Positions 48,578 through 56,503 of a stretch of DNA of 64,000 bases are shown piece by piece (the stretch's first letter is position 1; every line of letters begins with the position of its first letter). Under the pieces are notes generated by a model, which was not told where the DNA came from, made no database searches, and saw only the letters and a list, made by a program, of their open reading frames with translations. A program made the translations under genes and the position numbers. The stretch comes from Candidatus Latescibacterota bacterium (GTDB lineage Bacteria > Latescibacterota > UBA2968 > UBA8231): contig OZ220089.1 of assembly GCA_964291625.2 (NCBI GenBank), positions 3,168,001-3,232,000 of the forward strand, given 5' to 3'.

Positions 48578-49717
48578 GTGAGCTACGCCGAGCCCCGGGT
48601 GGAGCGGGACGGCGGGACCGGCTGGAACGGCGGGACCGGCTGGAAGGTGGAGATCCTCCACCGGGGGGAGTCGATCTCGAGGCTGTGGATCACCGGCCGG
48701 CGCATGCGCATCGGCGCCGCCGTGGTCCGCGCCGGGGGGATCGCCGGCGTCGGCACGGACCCCGCCCACCGCCGGCGCGGCCTGGCCCTGCGCGTCCTGC
48801 GGCGGTCGCTGCGGCTGATGGCCGAGGAAGGCTGCGAGACCTCCCTCCTCTTCGGCATCGAGGACTTCTACCACCGCGCCGGCTTCGCCACCTGCATGCC
48901 GGAGCACGGCCTGTCCCTGGCGGCGGCCGACGCCGGGCGCGCCGTCTCGCCGCTGAAGACGCGGCCCATGGGCCCGGAGGACCTACCCGCCGTGCGCCGG
49001 CTCTACGCGACCGCCAACGTCGCGCGCACCGCCTCGGTGGTGCGCGGCCGGGGTTGGCGGGAGTTCCCCATGGGATCGGGGTTCAGCGTGAGGGGGCTGG
49101 CGCGCGTAGTGCATCCCGGCGGGTCGCCCCGGCGCCTGCTCGGCTACTTCCTCCACGACGACAAGCCCGACCGCAGCCGTCTCGCCGAGGTCGCGGGCCG
49201 GAGCGCCGAGGCGCACGCCGCGATCCTGGGGTTCCTGGCGCGCCGGGCCAGGGCCCTGCGGCTCGAGCGGGTCTCGGCCAGCGTGCCGGTGGACCACCCC
49301 TTCGCCCTCTACTGCCGCGGGTTCGGCGCCCGCGACGAGACCGTCTATCCCCGCAACGCCGGTCCCATGGGCCGCATCATCGACCTGCCGCGGTTCGCCG
49401 CGGCCATGGTCCCGGAGTGGGAGCGGAGGTGGCCGGCGGACGGCCCGGAGGGGATCGCGCTGCAGACGGACCTGGGCGCCGTGGCCCTGCGCCGCCGCCG
49501 CGACGGGCGGCTGGAGGCGGGAGGTCGGCTCCCGGAGGTCGGGCCCCGACTGCGGGTCCCCGATCAGGCGGTGCTCTTGCAGCTGGCCATGGGTTACCGA
49601 AGCGCCGACGACGCCGCGGCGGCGGGGCTGCTGCGCGGCTCCCGGGAGGCGCTCGAGGTGGCCCGACGACTCTTCCCGCTGCGGGTGGCCCACATGTGGT
49701 GGCCCGACCGGTTCTAG
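48578..49717 (+). CDS. Eis-like GNAT acetyltransferase (alternative TTG start at 48566)
   Basis: GGIAGVGTDPAHRRRGLA, LLFGIEDFYHRAGF, second GNAT lobe, C-terminal WWPDRF. Confidence 0.82.
   Translation: MSYAEPRVERDGGTGWNGGTGWKVEILHRGESISRLWITGRRMRIGAAVVRAGGIAGVGTDPAHRRRGLALRVLRRSLRLMAEEGCETSLLFGIEDFYHRAGFATCMPEHGLSLAAADAGRAVSPLKTRPMGPEDLPAVRRLYATANVARTASVVRGRGWREFPMGSGFSVRGLARVVHPGGSPRRLLGYFLHDDKPDRSRLAEVAGRSAEAHAAILGFLARRARALRLERVSASVPVDHPFALYCRGFGARDETVYPRNAGPMGRIIDLPRFAAAMVPEWERRWPADGPEGIALQTDLGAVALRRRRDGRLEAGGRLPEVGPRLRVPDQAVLLQLAMGYRSADDAAAAGLLRGSREALEVARRLFPLRVAHMWWPDRF
48609..48644 (+). repeat. perfect 18-bp tandem duplication ACGGCGGGACCGGCTGGA x2
   Basis: Directly visible; in frame (DGGTGW-NGGTGW). 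Confidence 0.9.
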
Positions 49718-49865
49718 CGTCTGCCCGCGCAGTCCCGCCTGAACTCCTTCGCCGATTCAGCCCGGCTCGCGGCCTTGCGCTTTGGCGGGTCTCCTGCCAG
49801 CTCCGCCGCGCGCCCTGCGCGCCAGGCGCCTCGACGCCCTCGTTCGAGCCCGATCCCGGGCGTGG

Positions 49866-50858
49866 TCACTCCTCCAGCCGGTAGACCCTCGAGGCGGTGC
49901 CGCGGAAGAGGGCGTCCTTGTCGTCGGCGGAGAACCCCGCGGCGATGCGCTTGAAGGCGTTCCAGAGCACCGGGTAGGAGACCGAGACCTTGTCCACGGG
50001 GAAGTTGCTCTCGAACATGCAGCGCTCCGGGCCGAAGCTCTCGATGGCGTGCAGGCACCAGGGCCGGTCGGCCTCGGCCAGCTCCTCCGAGCCGGGCGGC
50101 CGGTCGCGCTCGTGCCAGCCGAAGCCGTTCAGCGGCATGGCGATGCCGCCGACCTTGACGTTCACGTTCGGGCAGCGGCTCAGGCTGTCCATGTGGCCGC
50201 GCCAGACCTCGAAGACCTCCTGGCGGCGGCCCTCGTAGGGGCCGGTCCCCAGGGGCCCGCCGAGATGGTCGAGGACGATGGTGGTCCCGGGGAAGGCGCG
50301 GGCCAGGTCCTCCAGTTCCGGGATCTGGGAGTGGTAGATCCAGGCGTCGAAGCTCAGCCCGAGCGGACCGAGCCGGGCGAAGCCCTCGCGGAAGGCGGGG
50401 TCCAGGTAGCGGCCGCCCCCCTGCGCCGAGCGACTCAGCCCCCGGTCCCAGCTGGCCGAGTGGCGGATGCCGCGAAAGAGGGGGCTGGCCTCCAGGTGGG
50501 CGTGGAGGACCTCCTCCGCGCCGGCGCCCCGCAGCAGGTCGGCGTGGCCGACGATCGCCCCCACCCGGGCCGCGCCCTCGGGGCCGGCGGCGGTCTGCGC
50601 GGCCAGGCCGGCGACGAAGCGGGTCTCGCCCACGGGCCGCAGCGCCTCAGGGCCCTCCCGCAGGTACTCGGCGCGGCACTCGAGGAAGACGGTCCGCTCC
50701 ACCCGGTGCCCGGCGCCGGTGTCGGCCCACAGGTCGTCGAGCAGGTAGCGGCCGAAGCCGCTCTCCACCCAGAAGTGGTGGTGGGGGTCGACGATCGGCA
50801 GATCCGGCTCGAGGATCTCTTCCTGTACCTGGGCGAGCCAGTCGGGTCGGGGTTCCAT
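49866..50858 (-). CDS. amidohydrolase family protein (Amidohydro_2)
   Basis: IVDPHHHFW, RGIRH, VLDHLGGP, FESNFPVD, LFRGTASRVY. Confidence 0.9.
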   Translation of the reverse strand: MEPRPDWLAQVQEEILEPDLPIVDPHHHFWVESGFGRYLLDDLWADTGAGHRVERTVFLECRAEYLREGPEALRPVGETRFVAGLAAQTAAGPEGAARVGAIVGHADLLRGAGAEEVLHAHLEASPLFRGIRHSASWDRGLSRSAQGGGRYLDPAFREGFARLGPLGLSFDAWIYHSQIPELEDLARAFPGTTIVLDHLGGPLGTGPYEGRRQEVFEVWRGHMDSLSRCPNVNVKVGGIAMPLNGFGWHERDRPPGSEELAEADRPWCLHAIESFGPERCMFESNFPVDKVSVSYPVLWNAFKRIAAGFSADDKDALFRGTASRVYRLEE

Positions 50859-50944
50859 GGCTGAGTTCTCCGGGGGTTCAAGGGTGGATCCGCAGGTCCC
50901 GCATCCGCCAGGAGGCGCGGCCTGCGGCGGCGCCGCTGGCGCCG

Positions 50945-52324
50945 TCACGCATAGAGCTCTTCCAGGGCGTGGACTCTCACCGGCGCGGGCGCGGCGCGCC
51001 TCTTCACCTTCCCGCGCGTGAACAGCCGGCCCTGGATCGTCGCTCCACGCTGGTTGGGGTACGAGTCGATCTTCTTCTGCAGCTCGGCGGCCAGGGCTCG
51101 CGGTGAGCGCACGGTTCCCCACTTGCACTCTCCGATGTCGGTGCGGTTGTCCTGCCGCAGGCCGACGACGTCGATCTGTGTCTGCTTGTCCCAGTACTCG
51201 CCGATCTCCCAGGCGGCGCCCACGCCCTCCCGCTCGTAGAGGAGAGGGAGCGCCTCGCGGCAGAGGCGCTCGAAGCAGGCCCCGAAGTAGCTCTCGAGAT
51301 CGGGCTTGATCAGCTCCTGAAACGAACGCCGGGGGCCCATCTGGGCGATGAATCCGAGGTGCGGGTAGACGAAGCGGAACCAGAACCGGAGCAGCGGATC
51401 GTCGAGGGCGAAGCGCACGTTCCTGGCCACGGGCCGGCGGCCGGTCACCGGATAGCGGCGGGAGACGTACCCGAGCTCGGTCAACTGCTGCAGATAGTAG
51501 TGCAGGCTCCTCTCGGGGAGGCCGGTCTGCCGGGCGATGGCGGCGGAGGCGCGCGACCCGGAGGAGAGGGCGACGAGGATGGCGTGGTAGTTGGCGACTT
51601 CCCGGAGCTCCTCGCGCAGGAGGAAGTCGGGCTCGCGGTAGAGCGGCGCGAACTCGCTCAGGAGATTGCTCTCGATGTTGGAGCGGATGGAGTCGGACGG
51701 CGAGAACAAGCGCAGGTAGAGGGGAACGCCGCCGCAGACGAAGTACGCCTGGGCCCGGTCGGCCGCGGACCAGCCGGGATGGAACAGGGCCGCCTCGCGG
51801 AAGGAGAAGGGCTTCAGCGGGATCTGCGCCGTGCGCCGCCCGAAGAGGGGACTCTTCTCGCCGAGGACCTCCCTTTCCATGAAGCCGATGAAGGAGCCGC
51901 AGAGAATCAGCAGCACGTCGCCCCGTTGCTTCCACGACCTGTCCAGCTGCTCCTGCAGGATCGACGGAAGCTCGGGACTGGCCTGGGCCGTCCACTGAAA
52001 CTCGTCGAAGGCCAGGACGATCCGGTCCGTGCCGCTCTTCTGGCTGAGGACGGTGCCGAGGGCCGTCCCCCAGTCCGCGGCCGACACGGAGGCGAGGAGT
52101 GGCTGCCCCAGGGCCCGTGCCGCCGTCTCCATGAAGGCGCGAATCTGGAGCTGGGGGGGCGCCTTCTTGCCGAGGAAGTAGAGAGCCGGCTTGTCGCGGA
52201 TGAAGTGAAGGATGAGCTCGCTCTTGCCCACCCGGCGGCGCCCGTAGACGGGGATGAATTCGGTGCGGCTGGACCGGTAGGCCCCCTCCAGTACTTGCAG
52301 CTCCGCCTGGCGGCCGATGAACAT
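50945..52324 (-). CDS. archaeal-type ATPase with wHTH and DUF234/PD-(D/E)xK C-terminus
   Basis: FIGRQAEL, YGRRRVGKS, FDEFQ, LCGS, GGVPLYL, DPLLRFWFRF, QIDVV..GECKW. Confidence 0.9.
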   Translation of the reverse strand: MFIGRQAELQVLEGAYRSSRTEFIPVYGRRRVGKSELILHFIRDKPALYFLGKKAPPQLQIRAFMETAARALGQPLLASVSAADWGTALGTVLSQKSGTDRIVLAFDEFQWTAQASPELPSILQEQLDRSWKQRGDVLLILCGSFIGFMEREVLGEKSPLFGRRTAQIPLKPFSFREAALFHPGWSAADRAQAYFVCGGVPLYLRLFSPSDSIRSNIESNLLSEFAPLYREPDFLLREELREVANYHAILVALSSGSRASAAIARQTGLPERSLHYYLQQLTELGYVSRRYPVTGRRPVARNVRFALDDPLLRFWFRFVYPHLGFIAQMGPRRSFQELIKPDLESYFGACFERLCREALPLLYEREGVGAAWEIGEYWDKQTQIDVVGLRQDNRTDIGECKWGTVRSPRALAAELQKKIDSYPNQRGATIQGRLFTRGKVKRRAAPAPVRVHALEELYA

Positions 52325-52331
52325 GTGGCGA

Positions 52332-52359
52332 AAGGTATCGCCCCCAGGGTATTTGTCAA
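52332..52359 (-). promoter_or_regulatory. sigma70-type promoter, probably leaderless transcript
   Basis: TTGACA-N16-TACCTT-N7-ATG. Confidence 0.55.
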
Positions 52360-52372
52360 GTTGAAACTTGAC
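52355..52372. promoter_or_regulatory. operator-like inverted repeat GTCAAGTT-GA-AACTTGAC
   Basis: Perfect 8-bp arms overlapping the -35 box in an AT-rich intergenic patch. Confidence 0.55.
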
Positions 52373-52493
52373 GAAACTGGACTAGACAAGTTGTGACTCG
52401 CAGATTCATGGCGGGCGGCGGATGGCCGCCGGTACTATTCTTGTCCAGGCCGGGACCCGCGGAGCGGACCCCGGCTCCAGGGGAGAACGCCAC

Positions 52494-53603
52494 TTGATCG
52501 ACGACAGACAGGGGCTGACCGAGCGCCTCGACGAGGCGCACCGGCGGGGGTGCGCGGCCATCGACGTGGAGATGGTCTGGGAGCGCACCTTCTACCCCGC
52601 CCTCGGCGTCATCCAGCTGGGATTCTCCCGCCGGGAGTGCCACCTGGTGGACGCCGTCGCCCTCGAGGGCCGGCTCGCGCCCCTGGCCGAGCTGCTCTCC
52701 GGCCCCACGGTGAAGGTCCTCCACGACGCGCTGCAGGACCTGACCGTCCTGCGGATGGCCACCGGGGCGTCTCCGCGGAGCGTCTTCGACACCCGCATCG
52801 CCGCCGGTTTCGCGGGCCTGGCGCACACCATCTCCCTGCGCGACCTGCTCCGGGAGCTCTTCGGGGTGGAACTGGAGAAGACGGAGACCCGCACCGACTG
52901 GCTGCGCCGGCCCCTCAGCCCCACGCAGATCGGCTATGCCGAGGACGACGTGCGCTACCTGGTGGAGGCCCGCGAGGAGCTCCTCCGCCGAGCTCGCGCC
53001 GCCGGCGTCGAGGACTGGCTGCAGGAGGAGATGGCCGGCCTCGACGATCCGGCCCTCTACGAGGAGCGGGACCCGCGCGAGGCCTTCCGGCGGGTCAAGG
53101 GCTACGGCAAGCTGCAGCGGCGGCAGCTGGCGGTGCTGCGCGAGCTGGCGGCCTGGCGGGAGGCGGCGGCGCGGGACCTCGACCGGCCTCGGGGCCAGGT
53201 GGCGTCGGACAAGCTGCTGCTGCTGCTGGCGCAGCGTCAGCCGGTGGAGATGGAGGACCTGCGCGAGATCCGGAGCCTGCGGCGGCATCTCCGGACCCGC
53301 GGCGAGGCCCTCCTGCGGGCGGTGCGGGCCGGGCTCGACCTGGAGCCCGGGGACTGGCCTTCCGGGCCTCCCCGGGTCCGCCACGGCCGCGACGTGGAGA
53401 TGCGCTCCCGGGCGGCTTCGGAGCGCGTCAGGGAACGCGCCTCGGCGCGGGGCATCGACGAGGGGCTGGTGGCGACACGGGGCGAGGTCCGCTCCCTGGT
53501 GCGGGAGGGCCCGGAGAAGGAGGCGGGGCGCAACCGCCTGGCCGGCGGCTGGCGCTGGACGCTGGTGGGGGAGGAGGTGGCCGCCGAGTTCCACCGGCCC
53601 TGA
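52494..53603 (+). CDS. rnd: ribonuclease D
   Basis: AIDVE...FYPALGVIQ, KVLHDALQDL, FDTRIAA, TDWLRRPL, YAEDDV, HRDC domain, GWR; TTG with GGGGAG RBS. Confidence 0.9.
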   Translation: MIDDRQGLTERLDEAHRRGCAAIDVEMVWERTFYPALGVIQLGFSRRECHLVDAVALEGRLAPLAELLSGPTVKVLHDALQDLTVLRMATGASPRSVFDTRIAAGFAGLAHTISLRDLLRELFGVELEKTETRTDWLRRPLSPTQIGYAEDDVRYLVEAREELLRRARAAGVEDWLQEEMAGLDDPALYEERDPREAFRRVKGYGKLQRRQLAVLRELAAWREAAARDLDRPRGQVASDKLLLLLAQRQPVEMEDLREIRSLRRHLRTRGEALLRAVRAGLDLEPGDWPSGPPRVRHGRDVEMRSRAASERVRERASARGIDEGLVATRGEVRSLVREGPEKEAGRNRLAGGWRWTLVGEEVAAEFHRP

Positions 53604-53628
53604 GCGGGACCGGAGGCAGAACGGCGAA

Positions 53629-53660
53629 TCGCGGGGCCGGGAGAGCCTCCGGCACCGCGA
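53629..53660. terminator. GC hairpin between convergent rnd and rpsU
   Basis: TCGCGG-GGCCGG...CCGGC-ACCGCGA imperfect stem; no clear U-tract. Confidence 0.4.
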
Positions 53661-53688
53661 TCTGCGGGGACCTGCGGAGCTGCCTGAG

Positions 53689-53931
53689 CTAGCGGCGCTT
53701 GCGGCCGCGGCGGTCGAGACCCATCTCGGCCAGCCGGGCGATGCGCTCCGCCTTCTTGCGGCGGCGGATGCTCTTCTGCAGGTCGAGCTTCTTCTGCACC
53801 GACGGCTTCGTGAAGAAGCGCTTGCGCTTGAGGTCGCGCATCAGGCCCGTGCGCTTGGTCTTGGAGGTGAAGCGGCGCAGGGCGCGCTCGAAAGGCTCGT
53901 CGTCGGAGAGCTCGACGCTGAAGTTCACCAT
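53689..53931 (-). CDS. rpsU: 30S ribosomal protein S21
   Basis: EPFERALRRF, FFTKPS, basic tail; RBS GAGGAG. Confidence 0.92.
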   Translation of the reverse strand: MVNFSVELSDDEPFERALRRFTSKTKRTGLMRDLKRKRFFTKPSVQKKLDLQKSIRRRKKAERIARLAEMGLDRRGRKRR

Positions 53932-53978
53932 GACGGGGGAGGCTCCTCGAAGGGTTCGAAAACTCGTTGAGTTGGAAG

Positions 53979-54007
53979 AAGATAGGGGGAGGCCGCGAGA
54001 GCGACAA
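53979..54007 (-). promoter_or_regulatory. sigma70-type promoter of rpsU
   Basis: TTGTCG-N17-TATCTT. Confidence 0.55.
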
Positions 54008-54014
54008 GAGCGCT

Positions 54015-54857
54015 TCAGGACCAGACGAAGACCTCCGGGTGGCCGGCGTCGTAGCCGATGAAGACGGCGAGCACGATCCTGGGCGAGTCCCCGACCACGG
54101 CCGGCACCTCGTGGACGAGGCCGGTGTTGAAGAAGTAGAGGTCCCCCGGTTCCAGGTCCACCTGCCACTGCCCCAGGCCGTGGTCCCGCGCGTACTCGTG
54201 ATAGGTGTTGGCGGCCAGGTGGGGCTGCACCTCCTCCGACCAGGGGCAGTGGTGCAGGATCGCCTGGGTGGTGGCGGAGCTGGCCGCGTTCTGCAGGCAG
54301 AGGACCCCGGCGAGCTGCACCGGATAGCGGCTCACGGCGTAGTTGAAGCGCTTCTCCCGCAGCACCACGTGATCGATGTGGGGGGCGTAGAACTGACTCT
54401 CGTAGTGGATGCGGAATATGGCGGGACCGTAGAGGCGGCCGTCCGGCTCGCGGGCGGTGACCACCCGCTTGTCGCCGGCCAGCCGCCGCAGGACGCCGTA
54501 GAGCAGGTCCACCGGATCGGGGAAGCCGTCGAAGAGGGTGGTGAACAGCTCGCGGCTCTCGCGGGCGTGGGCGAAGAAGGCCGGCTGATCGTGGCCGAGG
54601 TTGCCGAGGCTGGTACCGATGTCGATGCGCAGCGGGGCGTCGGGCGGCGCCGGCTGCCGCGGGTCCCGCATGAGGCCGCGCTCGATGAAGCGGCTCACGA
54701 GGCCGGCGCAGTCCGCCGCCGGACAGGCGCCCCGCAGGATGATGGCCGGGATGTCGGCCTCCACGAGGCGGCGCAGGGGGTCCCGTCCGGTGCTCAGGGC
54801 CACCTCGACATCGTCGGCCTCGACGGGTCGCCAGGGGCCGGTCACGGTGTCGCTCAC
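54015..54857 (-). CDS. Fe(II)/2-oxoglutarate-dependent oxygenase-like protein
   Basis: PHIDH (HxD), PGDLYFFN..VHEV, RIVL; start approximate. Confidence 0.72.
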   Translation of the reverse strand: MSDTVTGPWRPVEADDVEVALSTGRDPLRRLVEADIPAIILRGACPAADCAGLVSRFIERGLMRDPRQPAPPDAPLRIDIGTSLGNLGHDQPAFFAHARESRELFTTLFDGFPDPVDLLYGVLRRLAGDKRVVTAREPDGRLYGPAIFRIHYESQFYAPHIDHVVLREKRFNYAVSRYPVQLAGVLCLQNAASSATTQAILHHCPWSEEVQPHLAANTYHEYARDHGLGQWQVDLEPGDLYFFNTGLVHEVPAVVGDSPRIVLAVFIGYDAGHPEVFVWS

Positions 54858-54989
54858 AGGGCCTCGCTCGCAGGGGTGGGGGTCGGTGGCCGGCGGGGGA
54901 ATCTTGCACCCGGGCGGGTCCGGGGCAACCTTAGGCGGTCGGCCCTCGAGGCCGGACCCGGCAGAGCCGGGAATGGAGGATCCGGATAG

Positions 54990-56075
54990 ATGAGACCCGC
55001 CAAGAGGCTGGCCCTGGCCGCCGGCGCCGGCGACCTGAAGAAGGTGAAGGCCATGGTCGAGGCCGACCCGCCCCTGGCGCGGGACTGGCAGCCGATCATG
55101 GACGCCTGCTACGAGGGGCAGGTGAAGGCGGTGGAGTACCTGCTGAAGCACGGCGCCGACCCGAACATCAAGTCGAAGTCCGCCCATCACTACCGGCCCC
55201 TGCACCGCACGGTGGAGCACAAGCAGACGGCGCCCCGCGGTCCCCGGCACGTGGAGCTGGTGGAGTTGCTGCTGGAGCACGGCGCCGACCCCGACGGGCG
55301 CGGCTCCCACTGGCAGCTGACGCCCCTGGCGCTTGCCGTCCGCGGCGGCGAGGCGCAGTTCGTGCCGCTGCTGCAGGGGCGCACCACCAACGACATCTAC
55401 AACGCCTGCGTCATGGCCGACACGCGGCGGGTGCGAGCGCTGCTGCAGAGGGATCCCGCCCTGGCCGTTGCCGCCGACGAGGCCAACGGCTGGACGCCCC
55501 TGCGCTACTGCGCCGAGTCCCGCCCCGCCGGCTCCGGCGCCAGGCCCCGCAGCTACGTGGCCGTGGCGCGGGCCCTGGTCGAGGCCGGGGCTCCGCCGGG
55601 CGACGCGCTCGATCCGGCGATCCACTCGAAGAACCTGGAGCTGGTCCGCTACCTGCTCGACGCCGGCGCCGGGATCCGCGACGGCGACACCCTGAACCAC
55701 GCCGCCCAGGACCGCGCCTACGAGGTCCTCGACCTGCTCGTCGAGCGCGGCGTCGACCTCAACGATCAGCGCGGGACCGAGCATCACGGCGGCTACACCC
55801 CCCTGGGCTGCTGCATGCACGGCCGCAGCCTCCACGGGGCCCGCTGGTTCCTGGAGCAGGGGGTCGACCCCAACGACATCGGCAGCGCCGACGGCGAGAC
55901 GGCCCTGCACGCCGCAGTGCGCTTCGGCTGCCGCGTGGAGATGCTGAAGATGCTCGTCGACTTCGGCGTGAAGGTGAACGCCAGGGACCGCGCCGGCCGC
56001 ACGGCGCTGGCCGTGGGCCGCGAGCGGAAGCGCAGGAAGCAGGTGGAGTACCTGGAGAAGATCGGCGCCCGGTAG
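54990..56075 (+). CDS. ankyrin repeat protein
   Basis: LLKHGADPN, TPLALA, GWTPL, GYTPL, GETALHAA, GRTAL. Confidence 0.92.
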   Translation: MRPAKRLALAAGAGDLKKVKAMVEADPPLARDWQPIMDACYEGQVKAVEYLLKHGADPNIKSKSAHHYRPLHRTVEHKQTAPRGPRHVELVELLLEHGADPDGRGSHWQLTPLALAVRGGEAQFVPLLQGRTTNDIYNACVMADTRRVRALLQRDPALAVAADEANGWTPLRYCAESRPAGSGARPRSYVAVARALVEAGAPPGDALDPAIHSKNLELVRYLLDAGAGIRDGDTLNHAAQDRAYEVLDLLVERGVDLNDQRGTEHHGGYTPLGCCMHGRSLHGARWFLEQGVDPNDIGSADGETALHAAVRFGCRVEMLKMLVDFGVKVNARDRAGRTALAVGRERKRRKQVEYLEKIGAR

Positions 56076-56173
56076 CGGCCTCGAAGGCCCGCCCGCCCGG
56101 GAGGTTCCGGGCCTGGACGGAATCAAGCCGAGGCCGTGTCTTTACTGGGTTCCCCCGGAACGAGGATGATCCC

Positions 56174-56503
56174 GTGTCGAGCCCCAGCAGACCTCCCAAG
56201 ACCTACCGCGAGTTCATCGGCCGCTACCCCAAGCTGGGCAAGGCCTGGGACCTGATCGGCGAGGCCGGCCAGGAGGGCCCCCTGGACGCGCGCACCCGCC
56301 GCCTGGTCAAGCTCGGCGTCGCCATGGGCGCCATGCGCACCGGCGCCGTGCGCTCGGGGGTCCGCAAGGCCACCGACATGGGCATCTCCCGGGAGGAGGT
56401 GGAGCAGGTGGTGGCCCTGGCGGCCGGCACCATCGGCATGCCCTCGGCCGTGGCCTGCTTCACCTGGATCGAGGAAGCCCTCCCCCCCGAACAGGACGGA
56501 TGA
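56174..56503 (+). CDS. carboxymuconolactone decarboxylase/AhpD-like protein
   Basis: GPLDARTRRLVKLGVA, GISREEV, TIGMP. Confidence 0.82.
   Translation: MSSPSRPPKTYREFIGRYPKLGKAWDLIGEAGQEGPLDARTRRLVKLGVAMGAMRTGAVRSGVRKATDMGISREEVEQVVALAAGTIGMPSAVACFTWIEEALPPEQDG

Noticed and set aside
49718-49865. Possible REP/MITE between convergent genes
   Set aside because: No second copy in the window and no clear terminal inverted repeats
50887-53678. Shared TCCGCAGGTCCC(C)GCA motif in two intergenic regions (~50890 plus strand; ~53663-53678 minus strand)
   Set aside because: Only two short GC-rich copies in inconsistent contexts; cannot exclude chance
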